Positions 55,802 through 64,000 of a stretch of DNA of 64,000 nt are shown in pieces. The notes under the pieces were generated by a model. The model saw only the letters and a list, made by a program, of their open reading frames with translations, made no database searches and had not been told where the DNA came from. Position numbers and translations under genes: made by a program. The DNA comes from an uncultured Holophagales bacterium. GTDB lineage: Bacteria; Acidobacteriota; Thermoanaerobaculia; Multivoradales; UBA5704. How positions within the stretch are numbered: position 1 is the stretch's first letter; the number at the start of each line of letters is the position of its first letter. The DNA lies in assembly GCA_963842525.1 (NCBI GenBank), contig CAWJGT010000004.1:192001-256000 (forward strand), given 5' to 3'.

Positions 55802-58786
55802 CTACGCCACCGGCTTCAAATTCATGATCGGCATTTCCGGCCGGGTCCCACCGGCCACGGAGCCTGCGCAGACTCCGTTCCGCCCGCGGGTCTTGGCCCG
55901 GTAGAGCGCGAGGTCGGCTGCCTGAATGAGGGTTTCCGGCCGCTGGCCCTGCTCCGGGATCACGGCGGCGACGCCGAAGCTTGCGGTGACATGGCCCCGG
56001 GGAGTCGCCTCGTGCGGCAGCGCGAGCGCCTCGATCCCCTGGCGGAGCTGCTCGGCGAGCTCCAGCGCGCCGGGGAGGTTGGTGTCGGGCAGGAGCACCG
56101 CGAACTCCTCGCCGCCATACCGTGCGACCAGATCCCCGGGCCGCTTGATGGCCTCGGCCAGATAGCGCGCCAGGGCCTTCAGGCACAGGTCCCCTTCGGT
56201 ATGGCCCCGGGTATCGTTCAACAGCTTGAAGTGGTCGAGGTCGAGGAGGACGAAGGCGATCGGCAGGCCCTGCCTCCGGGCGCGGCTCCATTCCTCCTCC
56301 AGCACCTGCTGCAGCCGGCGCCGGTTGGCGATGGCGGTGAGCTCATCCTGGTGCGACAGCTCCTGGAGCCGCGCGTTGGCCGCTTCGAGGTCGGTGGAGG
56401 TCCGGCGCAGCTCCTCGACCGTATGCCGCAGCTCTTCAGTCTGCGCGGTAACCCGGGCCTCCAGCCGCGCCGTCCGCAGGGCCAGGGTGCGGCTGCGGAG
56501 ACCGCTGAAGCCGATCATTCCAAGGATCAACAGGAGGGCCCAGAGCGCAATCGCCCAGGACGTCTGGTACCAGGGCGGCAGGACGCGGAACGGCCACGAG
56601 GCCGCTTCGCTCACCTCGCCCAGGGGGCCGACCGTACGCACGTGGAAGGTGTAGTCGTCCGGCGGCAGCCGCGTCAGCTCGGTGAAGGGCTCCGCCGTGG
56701 GCTCGCCCCAGCCGGCATCGAGTGGCTCCAGGCGGGTCTGATAGCGCAGGCCGGCGCGGAAGGAGACCGGTCCGACCTCGATCCGCAGGCGCCGCGCGTT
56801 CGACGGCAGCTCCGCCGCCGCAGGCGCGACACCCGGAGCGCCGCCGAACAGGACAGAGCCGCCACCCACGGTCATCCGCGACAGGAGCGGCGCCGGCAGG
56901 GTCTCTCCCTTGCCGCGGATGCTCCCGGCGAAGCGAACGAGCCCATTTTCCGCCGCCAGCCAGACTACGCCGTCCGGCTCGGCCAGGATTTCGCCGATGC
57001 TGCGCACCGGCACCTCGATCGTGCGCGCCTCCGTCTCCCAGCCGTCGCCCTGGCGGACCGCCACAGACGGGGGGCTGGTATTCAGCCAGAGGTTTCCCTC
57101 GGCGTCCAGGACAGCGAACGAGAATTCCTTGCCGAGAGCCGTAAAGTCCGGATCCTCGGCCAACGTTCCCTTCCGTTCGTCGAGACGAAACGTCTGCTTG
57201 CCGTTCGTCACGATGAGCCGGCTGCCGAGGCGCAGCACGTTCCTTGGCTCGGCCGGTTCGATCCGGCGCACCTGGGAACGCCCCCTCCGGGGCCATCCTG
57301 CCGGGATCTCCACGCGCGCCACGCCGTCGAGCGCGCTGCCCAGCCAGAGAACGCCGTCGTCCCTCTCGATGACCGTGCGCACGTCGCTCGGCGCGCCCTC
57401 GACCTGTCCTTCCACGCGCCACTCCCGGCCTTCGCGGCGCAGCGCGAAGAGCCCCTTGTCCAATCCTGCCCACACGCGCTCCGGATCCTTCCGGGAGCGC
57501 GCGAGGACGTACACCGTGCTCCCCAGGCCGGGCACCTCGACGGCGTTCCCGTCGCGAAGCCAAACGAGCCCATACGCCGTACCGACGAGGAGATCCTCTT
57601 CCATGGAGAGCAGGCTCCAGGCCGAGATCTTCACCTCCGGCACCGCGTGCATCCTGAGAGCCGGGCTCCCCGGAGTGGTGGTGAAGAGGCCGGCCGCGGT
57701 GGCGACCCAGAGCTCCCCCTGGTGCCGGGCCATCGAGTAGACGCTCCCCTGGAGCCCCAGACGCCGGTCGATGATCGACAGGCGCGAAGCGATTTCGATC
57801 CGTGCCAGCCCGTTGTTGAGAGCCAGCCAGAGTGCGCCTTCGCGGTCGATCACCGTGCCGTTCACAAAGTCGTCGGACAGCCCGGCCGACGAATCGATCA
57901 CCTGATCCACCTCGCCATCCGGCTTCAGGAGCAGGAGGCCGCCCAGGATCGACCCCATCGCCAATCGCCCGTCGGCCAGGCGGCTTCCCGCGAGAAGCTT
58001 TTTCTCCGCGGCCCATCGCGACGCCTCGGGGGCGAACGGCACGCTCCGTCCGTTCTCCAGGAGGAAGAGCCCTTCGCCGCGGACGGACACGAGCAGCCTC
58101 TCCGCGTCCGACGGGCCCGTCGGCAGGATCAGGTCCACGCGCCGGTCGTGATACTCCTCTCCGCCGGGCACCGGCTCGAGGCGGGACCCGGCCAGCCGGA
58201 AGATCCCGGCGCGCGTCCAGACATAGACCGACCTCCCGACGTCGAAGCTCATCGCGTAGGGCCGGTCGCCCGGGAACGTGGCCACCGTGGTAAACCGGGC
58301 CCCGTCCCAGAGCAGAAGCCACCGTGTCGTCATGAAGGCGAAGCCCTCGGGCGTGGGATTGATCCGCATCGCCTGGCCGAGCTCCCGCTGCTCCGGAGGG
58401 AGAAGGCCGACGAGCGACTTGTACCGGAGCGCTCCGTCCGGGCCGGGCGTGAGGAGCCCGACCTCGTCGACGCCGCCGACCGCCACCTGTCCTCCCGGAT
58501 TGCTGGCGATCGAGAAGCAGGTGCCTTTCTTCCCGACCGGGATCGTCCGCCACCAGGCGCCGTCGTAGACCAGGGCGCCGCCGGCGTTGGCCACATAGAG
58601 GATGCCTTGCGGATCGCGGGTGATGCCGTAGCTCTGCGTGTACGCGTCGGGAGGAGCGTACGTCTGGATCAGAGGGAATCCGCGCTCCGCGGTGGAGCGG
58701 GGAGCGGCCGCGGCCAGGGGGAGGCAGGCCAGCAGGAGCAGGCCGGCGAGAGAGCCGATGCAACGCGGACGGAAGCCAGGGCGCAT
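55802..58786 (-). CDS. Diguanylate cyclase with periplasmic beta-propeller/Y_Y_Y sensor
   Basis: Signal peptide, propeller repeats, VLPPWYQTSWA + TM, DLDHFKLLND, RPGDLVARYGGEEF. Confidence 0.93.
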   Translation of the reverse strand: MRPGFRPRCIGSLAGLLLLACLPLAAAAPRSTAERGFPLIQTYAPPDAYTQSYGITRDPQGILYVANAGGALVYDGAWWRTIPVGKKGTCFSIASNPGGQVAVGGVDEVGLLTPGPDGALRYKSLVGLLPPEQRELGQAMRINPTPEGFAFMTTRWLLLWDGARFTTVATFPGDRPYAMSFDVGRSVYVWTRAGIFRLAGSRLEPVPGGEEYHDRRVDLILPTGPSDAERLLVSVRGEGLFLLENGRSVPFAPEASRWAAEKKLLAGSRLADGRLAMGSILGGLLLLKPDGEVDQVIDSSAGLSDDFVNGTVIDREGALWLALNNGLARIEIASRLSIIDRRLGLQGSVYSMARHQGELWVATAAGLFTTTPGSPALRMHAVPEVKISAWSLLSMEEDLLVGTAYGLVWLRDGNAVEVPGLGSTVYVLARSRKDPERVWAGLDKGLFALRREGREWRVEGQVEGAPSDVRTVIERDDGVLWLGSALDGVARVEIPAGWPRRGRSQVRRIEPAEPRNVLRLGSRLIVTNGKQTFRLDERKGTLAEDPDFTALGKEFSFAVLDAEGNLWLNTSPPSVAVRQGDGWETEARTIEVPVRSIGEILAEPDGVVWLAAENGLVRFAGSIRGKGETLPAPLLSRMTVGGGSVLFGGAPGVAPAAAELPSNARRLRIEVGPVSFRAGLRYQTRLEPLDAGWGEPTAEPFTELTRLPPDDYTFHVRTVGPLGEVSEAASWPFRVLPPWYQTSWAIALWALLLILGMIGFSGLRSRTLALRTARLEARVTAQTEELRHTVEELRRTSTDLEAANARLQELSHQDELTAIANRRRLQQVLEEEWSRARRQGLPIAFVLLDLDHFKLLNDTRGHTEGDLCLKALARYLAEAIKRPGDLVARYGGEEFAVLLPDTNLPGALELAEQLRQGIEALALPHEATPRGHVTASFGVAAVIPEQGQRPETLIQAADLALYRAKTRGRNGVCAGSVAGGTRPEMPIMNLKPVA

Positions 58787-59054
58787 AGGAATCAGGACTC
58801 GAACCCGGAGTCTACTCTCGCTCTAGAGTGTCGGGGAAGGCGAGAACGTTTCGCGAGGCGTTAGAATCCCGCAGCCGTCCCTGCCTGGCGGCCATGCAAT
58901 GAGCCTCGAAGACGTCGACCTGGCCCTCCGTGAGGAGTTCCCCTTCCTGCACAGCGGCGATCCGACCCGTTGTCGAATCGCGAAACTTCGATTACGCTTC
59001 TCCGGGTCGGGAGGTCCCGGCTCGTAGAAGTATCTCGAACGCCCCGGTTCCAGA

Positions 59055-59083
59055 TTGGATGAAATGGTAGGGTACGCTAAACT
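59055..59083 (+). promoter_or_regulatory. Sigma70-type promoter, probably leaderless
   Basis: TTGGAT-N17-TAAACT, 6 nt before ATG 59090, no SD. Confidence 0.6.
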
Positions 59084-59089
59084 ATTGAT

Positions 59090-59581
59090 ATGACCATCGA
59101 AGACGAGGTACGCCGGGCTACCAAGCTGCTCGAGACCGTCATGCAGGCGGCCGGGCTCACCCGCAAGGATCTCGACCAGCGCCTTGGCGCCGGTCCAGGC
59201 TATATCAGCCAGGTCCTCACCGGCAGGATGGAGCTGAAGTTCCGCCACGTCCTGGCCATCCTTCGCGCTCTCGACGTAGATCCCGGTATCTTCTTCCAGA
59301 CCCTCTATCCCGACTCCCGCCCGGTCAGCGACCAGGCCGTGATGGAGGAGTTCCTGCGCCGGTTCCAGCGCCTCGGCTTCAATAGCAGCGGCCCGGTGCC
59401 GCCGTCTCCTCCGGCTCCCGCCGCGTCCTCGTCGCCTGTAAAGCCGACCGTCGACCCCGGGGAGCTCGAGCGCCTGGTCCGCAAGGCCGTGCGGGAGGCT
59501 CTGTCCGACGAGGATCTGCAGCAGGACAGGGGGGAGTCGAACGTGCCTGAAGGCGACAAGCCGAGACGAAATCGGGGCTGA
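59090..59581 (+). CDS. XRE-like HTH transcriptional regulator
   Basis: GLTRKDLDQRLGAGPGYISQVLTGRMELKFRHVLAILRALDV. Confidence 0.85.
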   Translation: MTIEDEVRRATKLLETVMQAAGLTRKDLDQRLGAGPGYISQVLTGRMELKFRHVLAILRALDVDPGIFFQTLYPDSRPVSDQAVMEEFLRRFQRLGFNSSGPVPPSPPAPAASSSPVKPTVDPGELERLVRKAVREALSDEDLQQDRGESNVPEGDKPRRNRG

Positions 59582-59619
59582 CGAGAGCTAGAGGCCCCAC
59601 GCGATGAGGAGTGCGGAGC

Positions 59620-60966
59620 CTACTTCCGCCGCGCGGGCTCGAGGCGCTCGAGCTCGGCGGCGACGGCTTGGAGCAGCGCTACAGTGGCCTGCTGCTTTTC
59701 GCAGGCCTCGCGCAGCATGAGAAGCGCGCCGATGGCCTCGCGCCGCATCTTGCGTGCCCGGAAGATCGCCACGGTCTGGTCGATCAGCTCCCGGATCTCG
59801 CAGGTCCGGTCCTGGCGCAGCCAAACCGCCGCGAGGTCGAGCGCGACGAGGGCGGCTTCGCAGGGGAGCTCGCCCCTCTCGAAGCCGGCCCGCACTTCGA
59901 GGAACGCCTCCTCGGCCCTAGCGTCGTCCCCCAGGGCCGCCGCGATCCGGCCTTCCACCCAGCGGGCCTTGAGCTGCTCGAAGCGCTCGCCGTACGCCGC
60001 ATAGAGCTCGCGGCTGAGGTCGATCAGCTTGCTTGCCTCGGCGAAGCGCGAGCCGTCGACGAGGAAGTTGATGAGGCTGTGCACGCCGACCAGGACGAGC
60101 CCCGGATCGCGCCGGGGATCGATCAGGCGCAACCCCTCGCCGATCAGGCGGATGGCCGCGTCGGCGTCCAGCGCGTAGCCGGCCGAAATACCCTTGCTGA
60201 TCAAGGTCCGTCCGGCCCAGTGCTCGTCGCCTTGTGCCAGGTAGATCGCATGGGTCCAGTCGAGGAGCCGAAAGGCTTCGTCGAAGCGGCGCTGGCCGGT
60301 GTAGACGGAGGCGCTGAGGTCCATGATGCGGGCGAGGAGCAGCGGGTCTCCCGTGCCCAGTCCGGCCCGCTCGAGGGCGCGGGCGAGGTCGGTCTCCGCA
60401 CCGGGCAGGTCGCCCGCCACGCGGCGGGTGTTGCCGAGCTCGGCCAGAGCGCGGGCCTGGAGGTCGACGATGGCCCCGGCCTCTTCGGCGGTCTCCGCGG
60501 TGAGGCGCTCCGCGACGGTCACCGCCAGCCGCGCCAGGAGCACGGCGCCCTCGGGGTCGTTGTGGCGCAGGCTCCGGCACTGCTCCAGGAACGTCTCGCA
60601 GCGCAGCCGGTCGCGCGCGCTCCGTGCGGCGGGGGAGAGGGGAGCCGGCGGTGGGACTTCCCGCGGCCGGGCCTGCTCGTGCCGCGCCTCGTCCCGCTCC
60701 TGGACACGGGCCGCTGCGAGCCGCCGGACGGCGGCGAAGGCCCGGAAGAGGGGAAAGTCGTACTCCGTGCCACTGCCGGCGGCAGGCTCGGGAAGAGTGC
60801 CACGGCCGAACACCACCCTCGCGAGGGGGGCCATCTGCTCCTTGCAGGCCGCGCAGCCGGCGAGCAGGTGGACGACGATGGGAACCGCCTCGCGGGGCGT
60901 CAGACCTCCCCGCAGAAAACGGTCCAGCGCCGCGGGGGTGGGGTGCTCACGGTCTCCTCCGGCCAT
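59620..60966 (-). CDS. TPR protein with N-terminal zf-HC2-like zinc finger
   Basis: HPTPAALDRF...VVHLLAGCAAC, ELGNTRRVAGDL, WVEGRI, EAALVALDLA; SD GGAGG; paralog of 49287-50543. Confidence 0.8.
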   Translation of the reverse strand: MAGGDREHPTPAALDRFLRGGLTPREAVPIVVHLLAGCAACKEQMAPLARVVFGRGTLPEPAAGSGTEYDFPLFRAFAAVRRLAAARVQERDEARHEQARPREVPPPAPLSPAARSARDRLRCETFLEQCRSLRHNDPEGAVLLARLAVTVAERLTAETAEEAGAIVDLQARALAELGNTRRVAGDLPGAETDLARALERAGLGTGDPLLLARIMDLSASVYTGQRRFDEAFRLLDWTHAIYLAQGDEHWAGRTLISKGISAGYALDADAAIRLIGEGLRLIDPRRDPGLVLVGVHSLINFLVDGSRFAEASKLIDLSRELYAAYGERFEQLKARWVEGRIAAALGDDARAEEAFLEVRAGFERGELPCEAALVALDLAAVWLRQDRTCEIRELIDQTVAIFRARKMRREAIGALLMLREACEKQQATVALLQAVAAELERLEPARRK

Positions 60967-61035
60967 CCCGATTCCCTCCTGAGCTTCAAATGAGACCGCC
61001 TCATTGTCGCACAGAACGTGGTGGACGCCGGAAGA

Positions 61036-61353
61036 TCAGCGCCGGCCGTTGGGATCGAGAGCCGGACCGTAGTCTCTGCCAGAAGCCTGAAGGGACTCCG
61101 GCTCTCCGACTCCATCATGGGAGACATCGGCTGTGGGCGCGGCGCTCACCTGGCTCTGCCCGAGCAGACCGCCCCCGCTCCAGATCTGCCCAATCCATTG
61201 CGAGAGCCCGGACAGCCATCCGATCTCGACGCTCTCGATGGCCGGCGAGGCCCCCTCGCCCTGCGGAGCGGCCGACGCCGGCATGCCCGTCAGGCAGAGC
61301 ACGGCGGCCAGGACGAAGGCGGGGGTCAGGGAGCGAAACGTCTTGTACCGCAT
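61036..61353 (-). CDS. Small secreted protein/peptide precursor ending DYGPALDPNGRR
   Basis: Strong SD GAGGAGG, Sec signal (ASA-A), Trp-rich amphipathic helix, flexible linker. Confidence 0.75.
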   Translation of the reverse strand: MRYKTFRSLTPAFVLAAVLCLTGMPASAAPQGEGASPAIESVEIGWLSGLSQWIGQIWSGGGLLGQSQVSAAPTADVSHDGVGEPESLQASGRDYGPALDPNGRR

Positions 61354-61589
61354 GGATCTCCTCCTCTCCGCGAGCCAACGGGAGCCTCCATGGAGCCCGT
61401 GCTCGCGGAAGTAAACGGATTATGGAGCTAGATTTCACTAGATTCTCAAGCATCCATCTGGAAATAACCTTTCGAAAGAAGAGTAGCATGTGGTGGCGCA
61501 CCCCAGACCTGGCGAGGAGAGGGGATCTGCGGCAAAAGATCTCGGGAGCCGCCCTCTCCAAGACGGACTCGGAGACGGCTTTCACCGCC

Positions 61590-63002
61590 TCAAGGTCGGC
61601 GACGCGCCGGTCCCCTGGGCACCAGCCGCCAGACGAACGCATCGCTCTTGCCCGCCGCCTTGACGGGCTCGGCCCCGGTCTCCGGCAGCGCGTCCGTCTG
61701 CCCCTTGAAGGCGCCGGCGACATAGGGCGTCTCGTCGGCCCCGAGCGCGACGGCCAGCGCCTCGAGGCCGTCCGACGCGCTCAGGCGGAGACTCCAGATC
61801 TCCTGTCCCTGCGGCGAGTACTCGACGGCGAAGGCGAAATCGTCCCTGCCGCCGAGATGGCCGGTGGCCACCACGGTCCCTTCCCGGTTGCCCGCCACCG
61901 CAACCCCCTGGTCGGACCCATTGCCTCCGAGCTGCTGGGCCCAGGCGAGGCGTCCTGTGCCCTCGAGCCGCATCACGAACGCGTCGCCCCCTCCCGCGGC
62001 GGCCCGGGAGAAGGAGCCCGGCCCGGAGTCGAAGTCGACCGTGCCCGCGAACCGGCCGGTCAGCGCGAGGCCGCCCGAGCCCGCGGCGGAAGCCGACCCG
62101 AGAGATTCCTCCTGCGGGCCTCCGATCCGGCCGGAGGAGACGAGCGTGCCGGCGGCGTCGAGCCGCAGCACGAAGATGTCCGACTTCCCCGCGCTCTGCA
62201 GCGCGAGGCTGCCTCCGCCAGGGCCGATCCCTGCTGTCTCCTCGAAGTTGCCGGCCACCCAGACCTCGCCGTTGCGGCCGGCCGCGACCCCGCGCGCGTC
62301 GTCGTCCTTGAACCCGCCGATCCGCCGTGCCCAGGTGAGCGCGCCGGCGGCATCGAAACGGGCGAGGAAGGCGTCGGTCTTCCCGGCGCTGTCGAACAGC
62401 TCCGTCGAGCCCTGGAAGGACCCCGCCACCCATGTCTCACCCTGGGATCCGGCGGCCACCCGCATTCCGGCGTCGCCGAGCTTCCCTCCCAGGCGGCGGG
62501 CCCAGGCGAGGTCCCCGTCCGGCGTCAGGCGGAGGAGGAAGGCGTCGGAGCTGCCGGCGCTCGTGAGCTCGGTGCGGCCCGGGCCCGGGTCGAAGTCCAC
62601 CGTCCCGAAGAAGGCCCCGGTGGCCACGACGCTCCCCGTGCTGTCGACCGCGATGGCGCGCCCCTCGTCCGCACCGGGCCCGCCGAAGGCCCGCGCCCAG
62701 AGGACCTGCCCCTGGCGGTCGAGCTTCGCCACGAAGACGTCCGTCAGCCCGGACCCCGCCAGGGGGATCGTGCCGAAGGCGGTGCTCCCCTGGAAGTGGC
62801 CGGTCACATAGGAGCTGCCCTGGCCGTCCACCGCGATCCCCAGGGCAGTCTCACGATCGGGGCCGCCGAGCGCGCGCGGCCAGGCGCTCACGGGACCGCC
62901 GGCGGTATCTGCAGCAGACAGCGAGGCAGACCCCGCGAGATGCAGGCCGAGGAGCAGGACGATCCCGCCAGTGGTCCATTTTCTGCTTGAAGCTGCGGGC
63001 AT
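61590..63002 (-). CDS. SBBP beta-propeller repeat protein, secreted
   Basis: Repeats GIAVDGQGSSYVTGHFQG, DVFVAKLD..G..LWAR.FGG, GTVDFDPGPG. Confidence 0.85.
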   Translation of the reverse strand: MPAASSRKWTTGGIVLLLGLHLAGSASLSAADTAGGPVSAWPRALGGPDRETALGIAVDGQGSSYVTGHFQGSTAFGTIPLAGSGLTDVFVAKLDRQGQVLWARAFGGPGADEGRAIAVDSTGSVVATGAFFGTVDFDPGPGRTELTSAGSSDAFLLRLTPDGDLAWARRLGGKLGDAGMRVAAGSQGETWVAGSFQGSTELFDSAGKTDAFLARFDAAGALTWARRIGGFKDDDARGVAAGRNGEVWVAGNFEETAGIGPGGGSLALQSAGKSDIFVLRLDAAGTLVSSGRIGGPQEESLGSASAAGSGGLALTGRFAGTVDFDSGPGSFSRAAAGGGDAFVMRLEGTGRLAWAQQLGGNGSDQGVAVAGNREGTVVATGHLGGRDDFAFAVEYSPQGQEIWSLRLSASDGLEALAVALGADETPYVAGAFKGQTDALPETGAEPVKAAGKSDAFVWRLVPRGPARRRP

Positions 63003-63169
63003 CGGTGGCCTCCGGCTGCTGGTTTCTGTACAGAAACTCTAGCAGAGGCTCCCCCGGGGACGCCGGATCGGAATTCCACGAACGGCTCTGGGCGGCCTTC
63101 GCCTTGACACCCTCCCGCCTCCCAGGTATACAGAGCCCGGCCGTTCAGCCGTAGAAGGGAAGGCAGCTC

Positions 63170-64000
63170 ATGAGGATGCCGCAGCCCCCCCGGTTGTGGG
63201 TTCGTGCCCTTCAACGGATCGCTCCGGACGCTGCGCCCTGTCCGATGCCTTTCGTGGTCGGAGTGGCCCGTTCGGGGACGACGCTGCTCCGGTTGATGCT
63301 CGATGCGCATCCGGACCTGGCGATCCCTCATGAAACCCATTTCATCCCGGCGGCCATCGCCCTCGAGGCCTCCGGGTCCGCCAGCCGCGAGGCCTTCCAG
63401 GAGCTGCTCACCACGTATCCGACCTGGAAGGATCTTGCGACGCCGGCGGCGGCGCTGTGGCAGGTTCTTCTGGACGTGGAGCCGTTTTCCGTCGCCGAAG
63501 GGCTGCGGTCGTTCTACCGGCTCTATGCCGGCCGGCGCGGCAAGCGCCGCTTTGGCGACAAGACGCCCCCGTACTGTCTGCACCTGGCCGGCATCCGCCG
63601 CATCCTGCCGGAAGCGTGCGCCGTCCACATCGTCCGGGACGGCCGGGATGTGGCTCTCTCGCTGCGGCCGCTCTGGTTCGCGCCGGGCACAGACATGGCA
63701 AGCCTGGCCCGGCAATGGTCGAGCCAGATCGCCGAAGCGCGGCGGCAGGGCGAGATCGCGGGAGGGTACCTGGAGGTCCGCTTCGAGGAGCTGATCGCCG
63801 ATCCGGAAGGGGAATTACAGCGGATCTGCCGCCACATCGAGCTTTCCTTCCACCGCGGGATGTTGCGGTATCACCGCCGGGCGCGTTCGCGCCTGGAGGA
63901 GGTCGAGAGCCGGTACGCGCCCGATGGCACGCTGATCATCAGCAAAGAAGAGCGGTTGCACCTGCACCGGCTCACCAGCGGACCGCCCGAGCCCGCACGC
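63170..64000 (+). CDS. Sulfotransferase family protein, 3' truncated by window (absent from ORF track)
   Basis: PFVVGVARSGTTLLRLMLDAHP, FGDKTP, HIVRDGRDVALS, VRFEELIADPE. Confidence 0.9.
   Translation, partial: MRMPQPPRLWVRALQRIAPDAAPCPMPFVVGVARSGTTLLRLMLDAHPDLAIPHETHFIPAAIALEASGSASREAFQELLTTYPTWKDLATPAAALWQVLLDVEPFSVAEGLRSFYRLYAGRRGKRRFGDKTPPYCLHLAGIRRILPEACAVHIVRDGRDVALSLRPLWFAPGTDMASLARQWSSQIAEARRQGEIAGGYLEVRFEELIADPEGELQRICRHIELSFHRGMLRYHRRARSRLEEVESRYAPDGTLIISKEERLHLHRLTSGPPEPAR

Noticed and set aside
58790-58810. tRNA T-arm-like GGGTTCGAGTCC on the minus strand
   Set aside because: No acceptor, D or anticodon arms around it
61036-61080. RHS-type DPxG autocleavage site
   Set aside because: No RHS/YD repeats or toxin domain after the motif; resemblance is only four residues

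Overview
GC-rich (about 70% by eye) bacterial chromosomal window, most consistent with Acidobacteriota, probably Thermoanaerobaculia. This is inferred from an ADOP permease, an ELWxxDGT protein, a YfhO/GT-C cluster and zinc-finger-TPR proteins. It holds about 55 genes: housekeeping and envelope genes mixed with conflict modules (RES-Xre, FitAB, TIR-CBS, SIR2-STAND-TPR, XRE-ImmA, AlbA_2-ParA-HEPN-like), a subclass B3 metallo-beta-lactamase and several repeat families. I found no rRNA, tRNA or CRISPR array. About 12 single-base frameshifts in otherwise intact genes look like long-read errors, several at GAGCTC. Best candidates for undescribed biology: (1) a secreted DPNG-ending peptide precursor + zinc-finger-TPR protein + XRE regulator locus (59090-61353) resembling a peptide-signalling system; (2) a radical SAM/SPASM pseudo-enzyme directly upstream of a SIR2-STAND-TPR gene; (3) a TIR-CBS fusion; (4) a 62-bp palindromic tandem array in front of the beta-lactamase. 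All family calls come from motif recognition by eye; no database searches were run.
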